From a virus (Duplodnaviria > Heunggongvirae > Uroviricota > Caudoviricetes): 17,467 bases of DNA. Positions 9,136 through 16,441 of this stretch are shown piece by piece. The stretch lies in the IMG/VR virus record IMGVR_UViG_2585427741_000008; one strand, written 5' to 3'. The notes under the pieces were generated by a model. It worked only from the letters and a program-made list of their open reading frames with translations, made no database searches and had not been told where the DNA came from. A program made the position numbers and the translations under genes. Position 1 is the stretch's first letter. Each line of letters opens with the position of its first letter.

Positions 9136-9595
9136 TTACCACCCCACCAGCCTCTTTAAATCGGGCAATCAGGTCGCCGATTTTATGTTCATACTGACCG
9201 TAACCTGCACCTGGTAACGACGCCCAGATATTGCTGCAACGGTCGATTGCCTGACGAATATTGCCGCGGTCAATCATCGGTAAAGCGCCACGCTCTTTAA
9301 TCTGCTGCAGAGCTACAGCGTCCTGGCTTTCTGGAGAAAAATCTTTCAGGCCAAGCTGTTTACGGTAAGCATCCCACCAGCGTGAAAGAAGCTGGTAACG
9401 TCCGGCGGCTGTTGATTTGAGTTTGGGGTTTAGCGTGACAAGTTTGCGAGGGTGATCGGAGTAATCAGTGAACAGTTCGCCACCAACAATAACATCATAA
9501 CCGTGGTTACGTGTCGGTTGTTGCCCGTTATCCGTTCCTTCTGACCATGCCACCATATCAAGGAAAGCTTTACGCTGGGAATTTAGTGCCTGCAT
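9119..9595 (-). CDS. R: Endolysin, lambda R-type lytic transglycosylase
   Basis: 158 aa; the sequence (…QRKAFLDMVAWSEGTDNGQQPTRNHGYDVIVGGELFTDYSDHPRKLVTLNPKLKSTAAGRYQLLSRWWDAYRKQLGLKDF…) matches lambda R as I recall it along nearly the whole length, including the catalytic-Glu context WSEGT. Confidence 0.9.
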   Translation of the reverse strand: MQALNSQRKAFLDMVAWSEGTDNGQQPTRNHGYDVIVGGELFTDYSDHPRKLVTLNPKLKSTAAGRYQLLSRWWDAYRKQLGLKDFSPESQDAVALQQIKERGALPMIDRGNIRQAIDRCSNIWASLPGAGYGQYEHKIGDLIARFKEAGGVVNEVEL

Positions 9596-9598
9596 AAA

Positions 9599-9925
9599 TT
9601 ACTCCTTCGAGCTACCAAATTTGTTACCGATTACTCGCATTGCAGCCCCACGAATAGCATCGACACCGATCAGCCCAACGCCGCCACCAATGGCAACAGA
9701 AAGCGATTTAGGCCATCCGACATACTCAAGAGCGGATGCAAAAGTCAGCGTCAGAGCACCACAGAGCAAAATCTCGAGCGTTTTTCGTTTCCAGCCACCA
9801 CCACTGCCAAAATAGGCAATACGTAAACCAGCCATAACGATCGACATAATCACTGCGCCCAGCGGTGTGTCTCCACGCCACCAGCTCTGGACCAACTCCA
9901 GCCAAGTATTTGGGTTATGAGGCAT
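9599..9925 (-). CDS. Holin (three predicted transmembrane segments, class I-like)
   Basis: 108-aa ORF ending 3 nt before the endolysin start. Three hydrophobic stretches (LGAVIMSIVMAGLRIAYF; LEILLCGALTLTFASALEYVGW; LSVAIGGGVGLIGVDAI) and a charged C-terminus. Not recognisably lambda S. Confidence 0.65.
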   Translation of the reverse strand: MPHNPNTWLELVQSWWRGDTPLGAVIMSIVMAGLRIAYFGSGGGWKRKTLEILLCGALTLTFASALEYVGWPKSLSVAIGGGVGLIGVDAIRGAAMRVIGNKFGSSKE

Positions 9926-10077
9926 TTGTAGTTATCTCTCACCTCGCTAATACAGCAGGTGCAAATTGAGGGAACATCATGTACCGCAAATCAGAAGCGG
10001 AAACGTCAAAGAAGCCGAACCAATGGATAACTGCGGAATAGGCAAGGACCAACGAATCCCCAGCCCCAGAAACGACA

Positions 10078-10099
10078 AAACCCGCTCGACGGCGGGTTT
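10078..10099 (-). terminator. Intrinsic-terminator-like hairpin in the late leader upstream of the holin (tR-prime-like candidate)
   Basis: 8-bp stem AAACCCGC / GCGGGTTT with a 6-nt loop. On the minus transcript it is followed by UUUUGUCGUUUCU (complement of 10064-10077). Located about 150 nt upstream of the holin start. Confidence 0.4.
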
Positions 10100-10144
10100 A
10101 AGCTGTGTGGCGAAGTAACCACTCTTAACAGATTACAATGTTTT

Positions 10145-10173
10145 TTGCGTACGCGTTAGCATTTTCGTAAAAT
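10145..10173 (+). promoter_or_regulatory. Candidate sigma70 promoter for the ATPase-methyltransferase module
   Basis: TTGCGT (10145-10150), a 17-nt spacer, then TAAAAT (10168-10173), about 31 nt upstream of the ATG at 10205. No strong Shine-Dalgarno is visible before 10205. Confidence 0.35.
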
Positions 10174-10204
10174 ACATTACCTTGCAACCATTTCAGTATA
10201 AAAA

Positions 10205-11995
10205 ATGAGCACAGAATTAAAACTAAAGAAAATTATGGCATCGTCTAAAATTGAGCCATTTATTAGACATATTCGTTTTCCTTTTTTTAAAAACCTTGCA
10301 GAGGGTAGCAAGATTGATTTTGAGTATCCAATTACAGCATTAGTTGGTCAAAACGGAACCAATAAAAGTTCTGTTTTAAGAGCCCTATTCGGTTCTCCAA
10401 ACAACTATTCTCTGGGTAGCTTATGGTTTTCTACAGATGTAGATGAGATTAAAGATGGTGGTCGTTCTAGATTTATTTATGGATATTATGACAAAGCTAC
10501 TGATTCAATTGTTGAAGTAATTAAAACTCGAATCTCTAAAGAAAATGATCCTGATTACTGGGAACCATCCAGACCATTAAAATCCGACAACATGGCTCCA
10601 ATGCCTAGTACAAAAATCTCAACCAATCAACTAAGGACTAGGTGGAAAGCTATTGACAAAAATGTAATATATTTAGATTTCAGAGCAACTATCAGTGCAT
10701 TTGATAAGTTCTTTTATCACTCTGATTTTCATACATACCCTAAGAAAGATTATCTTAGAAAACGCAGTCAGATGCTAAAAGACATTATAGATAACGATCT
10801 TAAAAAATATCAACCTCATAAAGGAAAAAAAGACAAGCTATTTGTTAACACTTTATTAGAAAAAAGTAAGGTAGAGGCAATCAGCAAGATTTTAGGTCGC
10901 AAATACACAAGCATCCGCCTTATTGAACATAGCTTATTCACTAATGACAAAGCTCCCACAATTATTCTTCAATCAGAAAACTTAAAATATTCTGAAGCTT
11001 TCGCAGGCAGTGGGGAATTTGCTGTATCTATATTAGTGCATAAACTAATGGATAGCCCTGATGCATCTTTAATTCTGCTAGATGAACCTGAAGTATCACT
11101 TCACCCTTCTGCTCAATGTCAATTGATGGAATTTTTATCAGAACAAGCACTTAAAAAGAAACATCAAATTGTCATATCCACACATTCATCAACAATAGTA
11201 AAAGACTTGCCTAAAAATGCCATAAAATTATTCTGTCTGAATGATAAAATAGGAAAGGTTGATGTTCTTCAAAATGTCAGCCCAGAAGAATCTTTCTTTA
11301 TTCTTGGTGAACGCATTGATAAAAGAACCGTTATTGTAGAAGATCGGTTAGCGAAGAGGTTTGTAGAAAAGGCGCTTAAAGCGGGTGGTGAAGCATTATT
11401 AAACTCCTTCGAAGTAAAACATGTTCCTGGAGGAGCGGGAAGTATTCTTCAAACTTTGGCTGTGCCTTTATGTGTTGCCAATGTTAAAAACGTTATTTTC
11501 TTATTAGATGGTGACCAATCGAGAACTGATGATTATCCAACTTCTGATTCCATACCAGAAAATCAAAACACAAACCTTCAAAACATCATAAAAGAAATAA
11601 CCAATCAAGATATAAAATTTAGTTGTGATGGTTCTAATGGCTCATCAAATAACAATCAAAAATACAAAATGCAAAGAAATTTTATCGATTTCATCCACGA
11701 TAAAATTGCTTTTCTTCCTGTTTATACTCCTGAAGCATTTCTTATTGAGAATGTTCATGGTGATTATAAAGAATATAAAGATCAAATCCCCAAAAACATT
11801 CAAGATGCTAAAGAAATCACCAAAGAACTTTGTAAGTTAGACACAGGGTTGGAAAACGTTACCAGTGACGATATCTTTGAAACACAAATCAGAATTCTTA
11901 ATAAAATACCAAATAATCATGAAGTGTTAACAAAAACTCGAGAGTTGCTGCAAATCTTTTTAGATAATGATACTATCAGACCAAGAGTGAGGTAG
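10205..11995 (+). CDS. ABC-type (AAA_15/AAA_21-like) ATPase with C-terminal TOPRIM-like putative nuclease domain (OLD/PARIS-like architecture)
   Basis: 596-aa ORF. P-loop-like ITALVGQNGTNKSSVL (aa 43-58, nt 10346-10369), Walker B/D-loop ASLILLDEPEVSLHPSAQ (D293 E294, nt 11081-11086), and in the C-terminal half an acidic pair VIVEDR (E379) plus a DxD motif FLLDGDQ (D435-G-D437, nt 11507-11515), as expected for a TOPRIM fold. AT-rich; stop is 3 nt before the methyltransferase start. Confidence 0.6.
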   Translation: MSTELKLKKIMASSKIEPFIRHIRFPFFKNLAEGSKIDFEYPITALVGQNGTNKSSVLRALFGSPNNYSLGSLWFSTDVDEIKDGGRSRFIYGYYDKATDSIVEVIKTRISKENDPDYWEPSRPLKSDNMAPMPSTKISTNQLRTRWKAIDKNVIYLDFRATISAFDKFFYHSDFHTYPKKDYLRKRSQMLKDIIDNDLKKYQPHKGKKDKLFVNTLLEKSKVEAISKILGRKYTSIRLIEHSLFTNDKAPTIILQSENLKYSEAFAGSGEFAVSILVHKLMDSPDASLILLDEPEVSLHPSAQCQLMEFLSEQALKKKHQIVISTHSSTIVKDLPKNAIKLFCLNDKIGKVDVLQNVSPEESFFILGERIDKRTVIVEDRLAKRFVEKALKAGGEALLNSFEVKHVPGGAGSILQTLAVPLCVANVKNVIFLLDGDQSRTDDYPTSDSIPENQNTNLQNIIKEITNQDIKFSCDGSNGSSNNNQKYKMQRNFIDFIHDKIAFLPVYTPEAFLIENVHGDYKEYKDQIPKNIQDAKEITKELCKLDTGLENVTSDDIFETQIRILNKIPNNHEVLTKTRELLQIFLDNDTIRPRVR

Positions 11996-11998
11996 ATA

Positions 11999-13039
11999 AT
12001 GGCTAAAAAGATACACGTTTACGATTTCTTTTCCGGCTGCGGCGGAACCAGTGTAGGCCTAAAAGCGGTGGGAATGGAAATTATTTTCGGTTTAGATATT
12101 GATCTAGACTCCGCTAACACCTTTAAAATGAATAATCCATTTGCACATTTTATCAATGGTGATATCAAAGATACACACGTTGAGGAAATTAAGCATCTGG
12201 TTTGTGCGTCAACACAAAGCAAAGCTCTAACCCTATTTTGTGGTTGTGCTCCATGTCAACCATTCTCGAAACAAAATAAAATACGGAACGAGGATGATCC
12301 GAGAAAAGATCTGCTTACTGAGTTTGCACGGTTTGTCTCTTATTATACGCCAGACTTTGTACTGGTAGAGAATGTACCAGGAATCCAAAATGTCGATATT
12401 AACAATGGAAATTTCCAGAAATTTCTTGAGGTTTTAGCACATCATAACTACAACGTTGATTTTGGTGTGATTCCTGCGTTGTGGTTCGGGGTTCCTCAAA
12501 CACGTGAACGTTTTGTTTTACTGGCGTCAAAACACACGAATATTAAGCTTCCATCACAAACTCATGATGGATTAAAAACTCCGTATGCAACTGTCAGAGA
12601 CTGGATCGGCGGATTACCTCCTATTGCTGCCGGTGAAACTCATAAAGATGTTATGGATCATACAGCAGCCAAACTATCTGATCTAAATATTAAACGTATT
12701 AAAGCGACTCCTGAAGGAAAAGGTAGAGAATCTTGGCCTGAAGAACTTATACTAAAATGCCATAAAAAATATAAAGGGCATACTGATGTTTATGGACGGC
12801 TTTCTTGGGACAAACCAGCAAGTGGATTAACAACTAGATGTATAAGCTATTCGAATGGACGTTTCGGACATCCAGAGCAAGATAGGGCTATTTCTGTTAG
12901 AGAGGCTGCGTTATTACAGACTTTCCCATTAGACTATTCCTTCACAGGCTCTTTAGTCTCGAAAGCCAAACAGATAGGGAATGCAGTCCCTCCCAAGATG
13001 GCTGAAGCTCTTGGAAGGGCTATCATCGCATCACTTTAA
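11999..13039 (+). CDS. DNA (cytosine-5)-methyltransferase
   Basis: 346-aa ORF with the canonical m5C-MTase motif order: I FSGCGG (nt 12029-12046), IV GCAPCQPFS (PCQ at 12251-12259), VI LVENVPGI (ENV at 12367-12375), VIII QTRERFVL (12497-12511) and X IGNAVPP near the C-terminus, with a variable region between VIII and X. Confidence 0.9.
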   Translation: MAKKIHVYDFFSGCGGTSVGLKAVGMEIIFGLDIDLDSANTFKMNNPFAHFINGDIKDTHVEEIKHLVCASTQSKALTLFCGCAPCQPFSKQNKIRNEDDPRKDLLTEFARFVSYYTPDFVLVENVPGIQNVDINNGNFQKFLEVLAHHNYNVDFGVIPALWFGVPQTRERFVLLASKHTNIKLPSQTHDGLKTPYATVRDWIGGLPPIAAGETHKDVMDHTAAKLSDLNIKRIKATPEGKGRESWPEELILKCHKKYKGHTDVYGRLSWDKPASGLTTRCISYSNGRFGHPEQDRAISVREAALLQTFPLDYSFTGSLVSKAKQIGNAVPPKMAEALGRAIIASL

Positions 13040-13041
13040 AA

Positions 13042-13063
13042 GCGGAGCCCTAGAGGGCTTCGC
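13042..13063. terminator. Hairpin at the convergent junction of the methyltransferase and Q genes
   Basis: 9-bp stem GCGGAGCCC / GGGCTTCGC (one G-U wobble) with loop TAGA. It overlaps the Q stop codon. The minus transcript has UUUUAAAG after the stem; the plus strand has no U-tract. Confidence 0.4.
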
Positions 13064-13406
13064 CTAACAATAATAGAATACCTGATATAAACCCTATAGC
13101 TCCCTGAAGCTCTTTTCTAATTGCTCCATCAGAGCATTTTCTTTTCTTAGCAATGGTGCGTAATGAGATACCAATCACAAAATGAGCAATGATCAGCTCA
13201 TATTCTTCTGGTTTATACTTCCGCAGGCGGGCGACACAGCCATCAATCATGATGCCTTCATCATCATCGCACTGAATCCGGGACTTTCTGCCATGAGGTA
13301 AAAGCCCCTTGAAGCCAGCGGCTACCGGTTGCCAATCCACACCACTGTTCTCTGCCGCAGCCCACGCTCCCCAACGGTCTAATACTTCATACATATCACA
13401 CATCAA
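13050..13406 (-). CDS. Phage antitermination protein Q (small Q family, not lambda Q)
   Basis: 118-aa ORF. Pattern LDRWGAWAA...W...AAGFKGL...RIQCDDDEGIMIDGCVARL...SDG...L resembles the small enterobacterial Q-antiterminator family as I recall it. Sits last in the early/regulatory block, before the late genes. Confidence 0.65.
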   Translation of the reverse strand: MMCDMYEVLDRWGAWAAAENSGVDWQPVAAGFKGLLPHGRKSRIQCDDDEGIMIDGCVARLRKYKPEEYELIIAHFVIGISLRTIAKKRKCSDGAIRKELQGAIGFISGILLLLGEAL

Positions 13407-13420
13407 CTTTCTCCACCAAA

Positions 13421-14416
13421 TCAGGCTAGCACACCAATTGCCAACGCACGGTCGATAAAACGAAATATCAGCTCCAGCTGGGAGCCATACTTCTCTTCAA
13501 ATGCCACGGTATCCGCATGCAGCTCGTCGTGATGCTTTCTGCACAAAGGCAACACAAAGAGGTCATGCGCTTTTGTACCCATTCCCCCCTGACCGTGGCC
13601 TATCAGGTGGTGGGGATCATCAGCAGGCTTTCCACAACATGCACACGGCTGTGTCTTAACCCAGCGCGTGTACTTTTCATTAACCCAGCGGCGACGTTTT
13701 GGGCGTAACATAAAAGACTCCGGCGACTCAGGATCCACTTTCAGCGCCAGTACCTTTTTCGCCTTATCCTGGATGATGCTGGTGGCAGGAACCGAAGGCA
13801 CAAGGTCACTTTCCCGGGTAACAGACGGCACAACAGGCTTCGGTAATCTCAGTGCCTTACGGGCTGCACTTTCCGGTAAGGCATCCGCCAGATCATTACG
13901 AATCAGCCACCAGCACAGTTCCGGCATTGTCACAACGTGACTGTCATCAAAACCGAGATCCCGACGCACGACAGATAACACCCACCGGACACAGTTATCC
14001 GTTGCCATTGATTCCAGCCGTTCCGTGAACTGATCGCGCAGCTGGTTATCGCAGTGCCAGCACAGACGGATTGCGCCCGGCGCGTGTCGCATTGTGGTCA
14101 TGTTCTCGCTGTGCCAGTCGGAATGAGGCCACTGGCAGCCTTTTTCACGAAGTAACCAGCTTTCAAGACATTCCACGCCACCAGCACGACGGATCACTGC
14201 CTCATTGCGGAACACGGCCCGAACGGCAGGATCATCCGCCAGCGGTTGTGATGCCGCCGGAACGGCACCACTGGCGAAAGATGAATAACGTTCCGGCTCA
14301 GGCTCCAGCAGGACACGCCCCTGCATAAACAGGGGCATCAGCTCTGAACCTGGTCTGAACAATACGATCCCCATACGCGGGGCAATTTCAGGGGTCAGTA
14401 GTGCTCTCACGGTCAC
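13421..14416 (-). CDS. DUF968-like phage protein with C-terminal HNH/zinc-binding-like motif
   Basis: 331-aa ORF. C-terminus CACCGKPADDPHHLIGHGQGGMGTKAHDLFVLPLCRKHHDELH has Cys/His spacing resembling the HNH-like domain of YdfU-type lambdoid proteins. Position between KilA-N and Q is typical. Confidence 0.6.
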   Translation of the reverse strand: MTVRALLTPEIAPRMGIVLFRPGSELMPLFMQGRVLLEPEPERYSSFASGAVPAASQPLADDPAVRAVFRNEAVIRRAGGVECLESWLLREKGCQWPHSDWHSENMTTMRHAPGAIRLCWHCDNQLRDQFTERLESMATDNCVRWVLSVVRRDLGFDDSHVVTMPELCWWLIRNDLADALPESAARKALRLPKPVVPSVTRESDLVPSVPATSIIQDKAKKVLALKVDPESPESFMLRPKRRRWVNEKYTRWVKTQPCACCGKPADDPHHLIGHGQGGMGTKAHDLFVLPLCRKHHDELHADTVAFEEKYGSQLELIFRFIDRALAIGVLA

Positions 14417-14417
14417 C

Positions 14418-15215
14418 TCAATGTACGGTATCGAGCAGCTTTAACAGCTCAGGGAATCGGGATTCGAAGAAATGCGGCTGCGTCTCGCGCGGATTTGCGG
14501 GACTGGTGATGTTCTTGCCGAACATGCAGCCTTTCGCTGTCAGTGACCAGAATTTTTTGATGTTGTTAATCGCGGTACGGCTGTATCGTTCGCGCTGCTC
14601 GACGATCCCCAGCTTCACCATCTGGTGATATGCCTGATTAGCTGTCAGGCGGATACCATACTGCTTCAGCAATGCACTCAGTGACAGCGTGGGGCGGCTT
14701 GAGCCATCAGGCGCGTCAGCAGGAGCATCAATGGCATAGCGCGGTGCCAGATTCGGTAAGCCAACAGCCTCCTGGAGTTTCTGACAGGCCCCAAGCACTG
14801 AAGAGTTAGACAGGTTTAACTCCCTGCGCATAAAGTCCAGCAGAATCACTCCAGCCTGCATCTTGTCAGCAGCCTGCCCGGATAATTTTTCCGGTGCGCT
14901 GGTTACCATGTCGAAAGTACGGATCACCTTAAGATGGAATGACGGGCTGATCCACATTGCATAGGCATACACCAGTTCTTTGCAGACATACGTCCCCTGG
15001 TTATTTCCGCCACGAATAACGTTAACTGGCTCTATATTGACCGAGTTGCAAATCTGCAACTCGCTTATTAAACGTTCAGTTTGCTCATTGCGGAGCCAGA
15101 ATGCAGGCTTATGCTTATCCAGAGAACCGGCAGCCCTGTGCAGATCGTTCAGGCTGTAACGCCCAAAAGCATCACGACGAACTTCAATACCATCAATGAC
15201 CATCAGATTATTCAT
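14418..15215 (-). CDS. KilA-N domain protein (antirepressor-like)
   Basis: 265-aa ORF whose N-terminus (MNNLMVIDGIEVRRDAFGRYSLNDLHRAAG...GTYVCKELVYAYAMWISPSFHLKVI) matches the KilA-N DNA-binding domain pattern. Confidence 0.7.
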   Translation of the reverse strand: MNNLMVIDGIEVRRDAFGRYSLNDLHRAAGSLDKHKPAFWLRNEQTERLISELQICNSVNIEPVNVIRGGNNQGTYVCKELVYAYAMWISPSFHLKVIRTFDMVTSAPEKLSGQAADKMQAGVILLDFMRRELNLSNSSVLGACQKLQEAVGLPNLAPRYAIDAPADAPDGSSRPTLSLSALLKQYGIRLTANQAYHQMVKLGIVEQRERYSRTAINNIKKFWSLTAKGCMFGKNITSPANPRETQPHFFESRFPELLKLLDTVH

Positions 15216-15234
15216 ACTTCGTTTCTCCTCTTAA

Positions 15235-15624
15235 TCAGGCGGCTGCACCCGCCGTTTTCTCGTACTTACTGATAGTGATCTCGACCTTCCCTTCCGGGAT
15301 AACCGGTCCCCACTCCACCAGCATTCTTTTCACCTGACTGTCGTCTTCCCACACACCCGCGTGGGTCAGGGCGTCAAACAGCGCCTTGTTATAGTTGTCC
15401 AGATCGCGGATCCGGTTATCCGGAGGAAACAACACGATCTCCACTGAAGCAGGTGCCGACGTTGGTTTTGGCAGACGACGTAACTGCTCAACTATTGCTG
15501 CACACGCCGCGCTCTGAAATTTTCGCCCCGCCGCGCTTATCAGGCTCTTACCAGCAAATGCCCCTTTGTTGGGGTGTCGCCAGTACGTGTTCACGCTGGG
15601 CGGGAAAGGAAGGATCAACTTCAT
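15235..15624 (-). CDS. rusA: Holliday junction resolvase RusA
   Basis: 129-aa ORF with RusA hallmarks: LPFPPSVNTYW N-terminus, RDLDNYNKALFDALTHAGVWEDDSQV catalytic region, and C-terminal EITISKYE. Confidence 0.85.
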   Translation of the reverse strand: MKLILPFPPSVNTYWRHPNKGAFAGKSLISAAGRKFQSAACAAIVEQLRRLPKPTSAPASVEIVLFPPDNRIRDLDNYNKALFDALTHAGVWEDDSQVKRMLVEWGPVIPEGKVEITISKYEKTAGAAA

Positions 15625-15980
15625 ACTTTCAGGCCCCTCTCATGTAACCAGTGGGCTGCACGCAGCCTGGCGTTTTCCTCACCGGCAAGCAGTGAGCGGA
15701 TAATCCCGACCGCCTCGCTGTCGTCGTCCTTCACCGCGGTATGAAGCGTTATCCCCCGGGCCACGCCACGCTTTATCGTGATGACGCCTTTTTTCTCCAG
15801 TGCGCGAAGATGCTCCACCGCTGCATTCACCGAACGATATCCCAGCATGGTTGCCACCTCCTGATTGGTTGGCGGGAAGCCACGTTCTTTCTGGTAAGAA
15901 ATCAGCATATCCAGCACCTGCTGCTGGCATTGAGTTAACGTCGTCATTACGCCCCCACGTAATTCCCTGACAGATACCAC
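15621..15980 (-). CDS. Winged-helix DNA-binding protein (LexA N-terminal-domain-like)
   Basis: 119-aa ORF. LTQCQQQVLDMLISYQKERGFPPTNQEVATMLGYRSVNAAVEHLRALEKKGVI resembles the LexA-type winged HTH. Start overlaps the RusA gene stop by 4 nt. Confidence 0.5.
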   Translation of the reverse strand: MVSVRELRGGVMTTLTQCQQQVLDMLISYQKERGFPPTNQEVATMLGYRSVNAAVEHLRALEKKGVITIKRGVARGITLHTAVKDDDSEAVGIIRSLLAGEENARLRAAHWLHERGLKV

Positions 15981-16441
15981 TCATCACTCGATACAGCGCG
16001 CTTGCTGCTTTTCCGTAAACACTGCTCACGACGCGCCAGAAAATTGTTTCGTTCTGGCTGGGAATGGCTTTCACGGAATGCCGCCATCCACACCGTTGCA
16101 GCACGACGGTATAAGCCCCTGGACTCCAGTTCTTCAGCCTGGCGGGTCAGGCACAAAATCTCCCGCGGGTCGTTAGTGCCGACATAGAAATTGCGCACAG
16201 GTCTGGTTTCACGAACTGGTTGCGGTTCCGCCTCCTGCGCTCTCTCAGTCAGGCGCGGGAAATGTCTGCGTGTATCCCCTTCACAACGGTGAGCCACACG
16301 ACCACTCTGACGTAACTTGCTTGCTGACTGCAGAACGCGCTGCCGTGAGTAACCAGCAAAAGCATCCGCAATGTCTCCGGAAGTACACCCCGGATGGGCT
16401 TCAATGTATTTCTGAACTTCATTCAAAAGACTCATGATCAC
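15947..16441 (-). CDS. Hypothetical phage regulatory protein (possible PerC-like C-terminal region)
   Basis: 164-aa ORF with an N-terminal HTH-like segment and a C-terminal LESRGLYRRAATVWMAAF resembling the PerC-family signature. Weak call from memory. Confidence 0.4.
   Translation of the reverse strand: MIMSLLNEVQKYIEAHPGCTSGDIADAFAGYSRQRVLQSASKLRQSGRVAHRCEGDTRRHFPRLTERAQEAEPQPVRETRPVRNFYVGTNDPREILCLTRQAEELESRGLYRRAATVWMAAFRESHSQPERNNFLARREQCLRKSSKRAVSSDEWYLSGNYVGA

Noticed and set aside
9979-10041. 20-codon plus-strand ORF (MYRKSEAETSKKPNQWITAE) with a GAGGGA Shine-Dalgarno-like sequence 5 nt upstream, in the late leader
   Set aside because: Too short to assess and with no recognisable features. 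It could be a leader peptide, but chance occurrence cannot be excluded without conservation or ribosome-profiling data.
11625-12222. Alternative-frame or antisense ORFs inside the cargo island (11625-11840 plus; 12019-12222 minus)
   Set aside because: Each is embedded in the motif-bearing ATPase or methyltransferase frame. Their I/K/F-rich composition is what AT-rich DNA gives in an off frame.
11999-13039. Calling the methyltransferase a Dcm (CCWGG) orthologue or assigning a specific target sequence
   Set aside because: The motifs establish only the m5C-MTase family. The target recognition region between motifs VIII and X cannot be assigned a specificity by eye, and no Vsr-like gene is adjacent.
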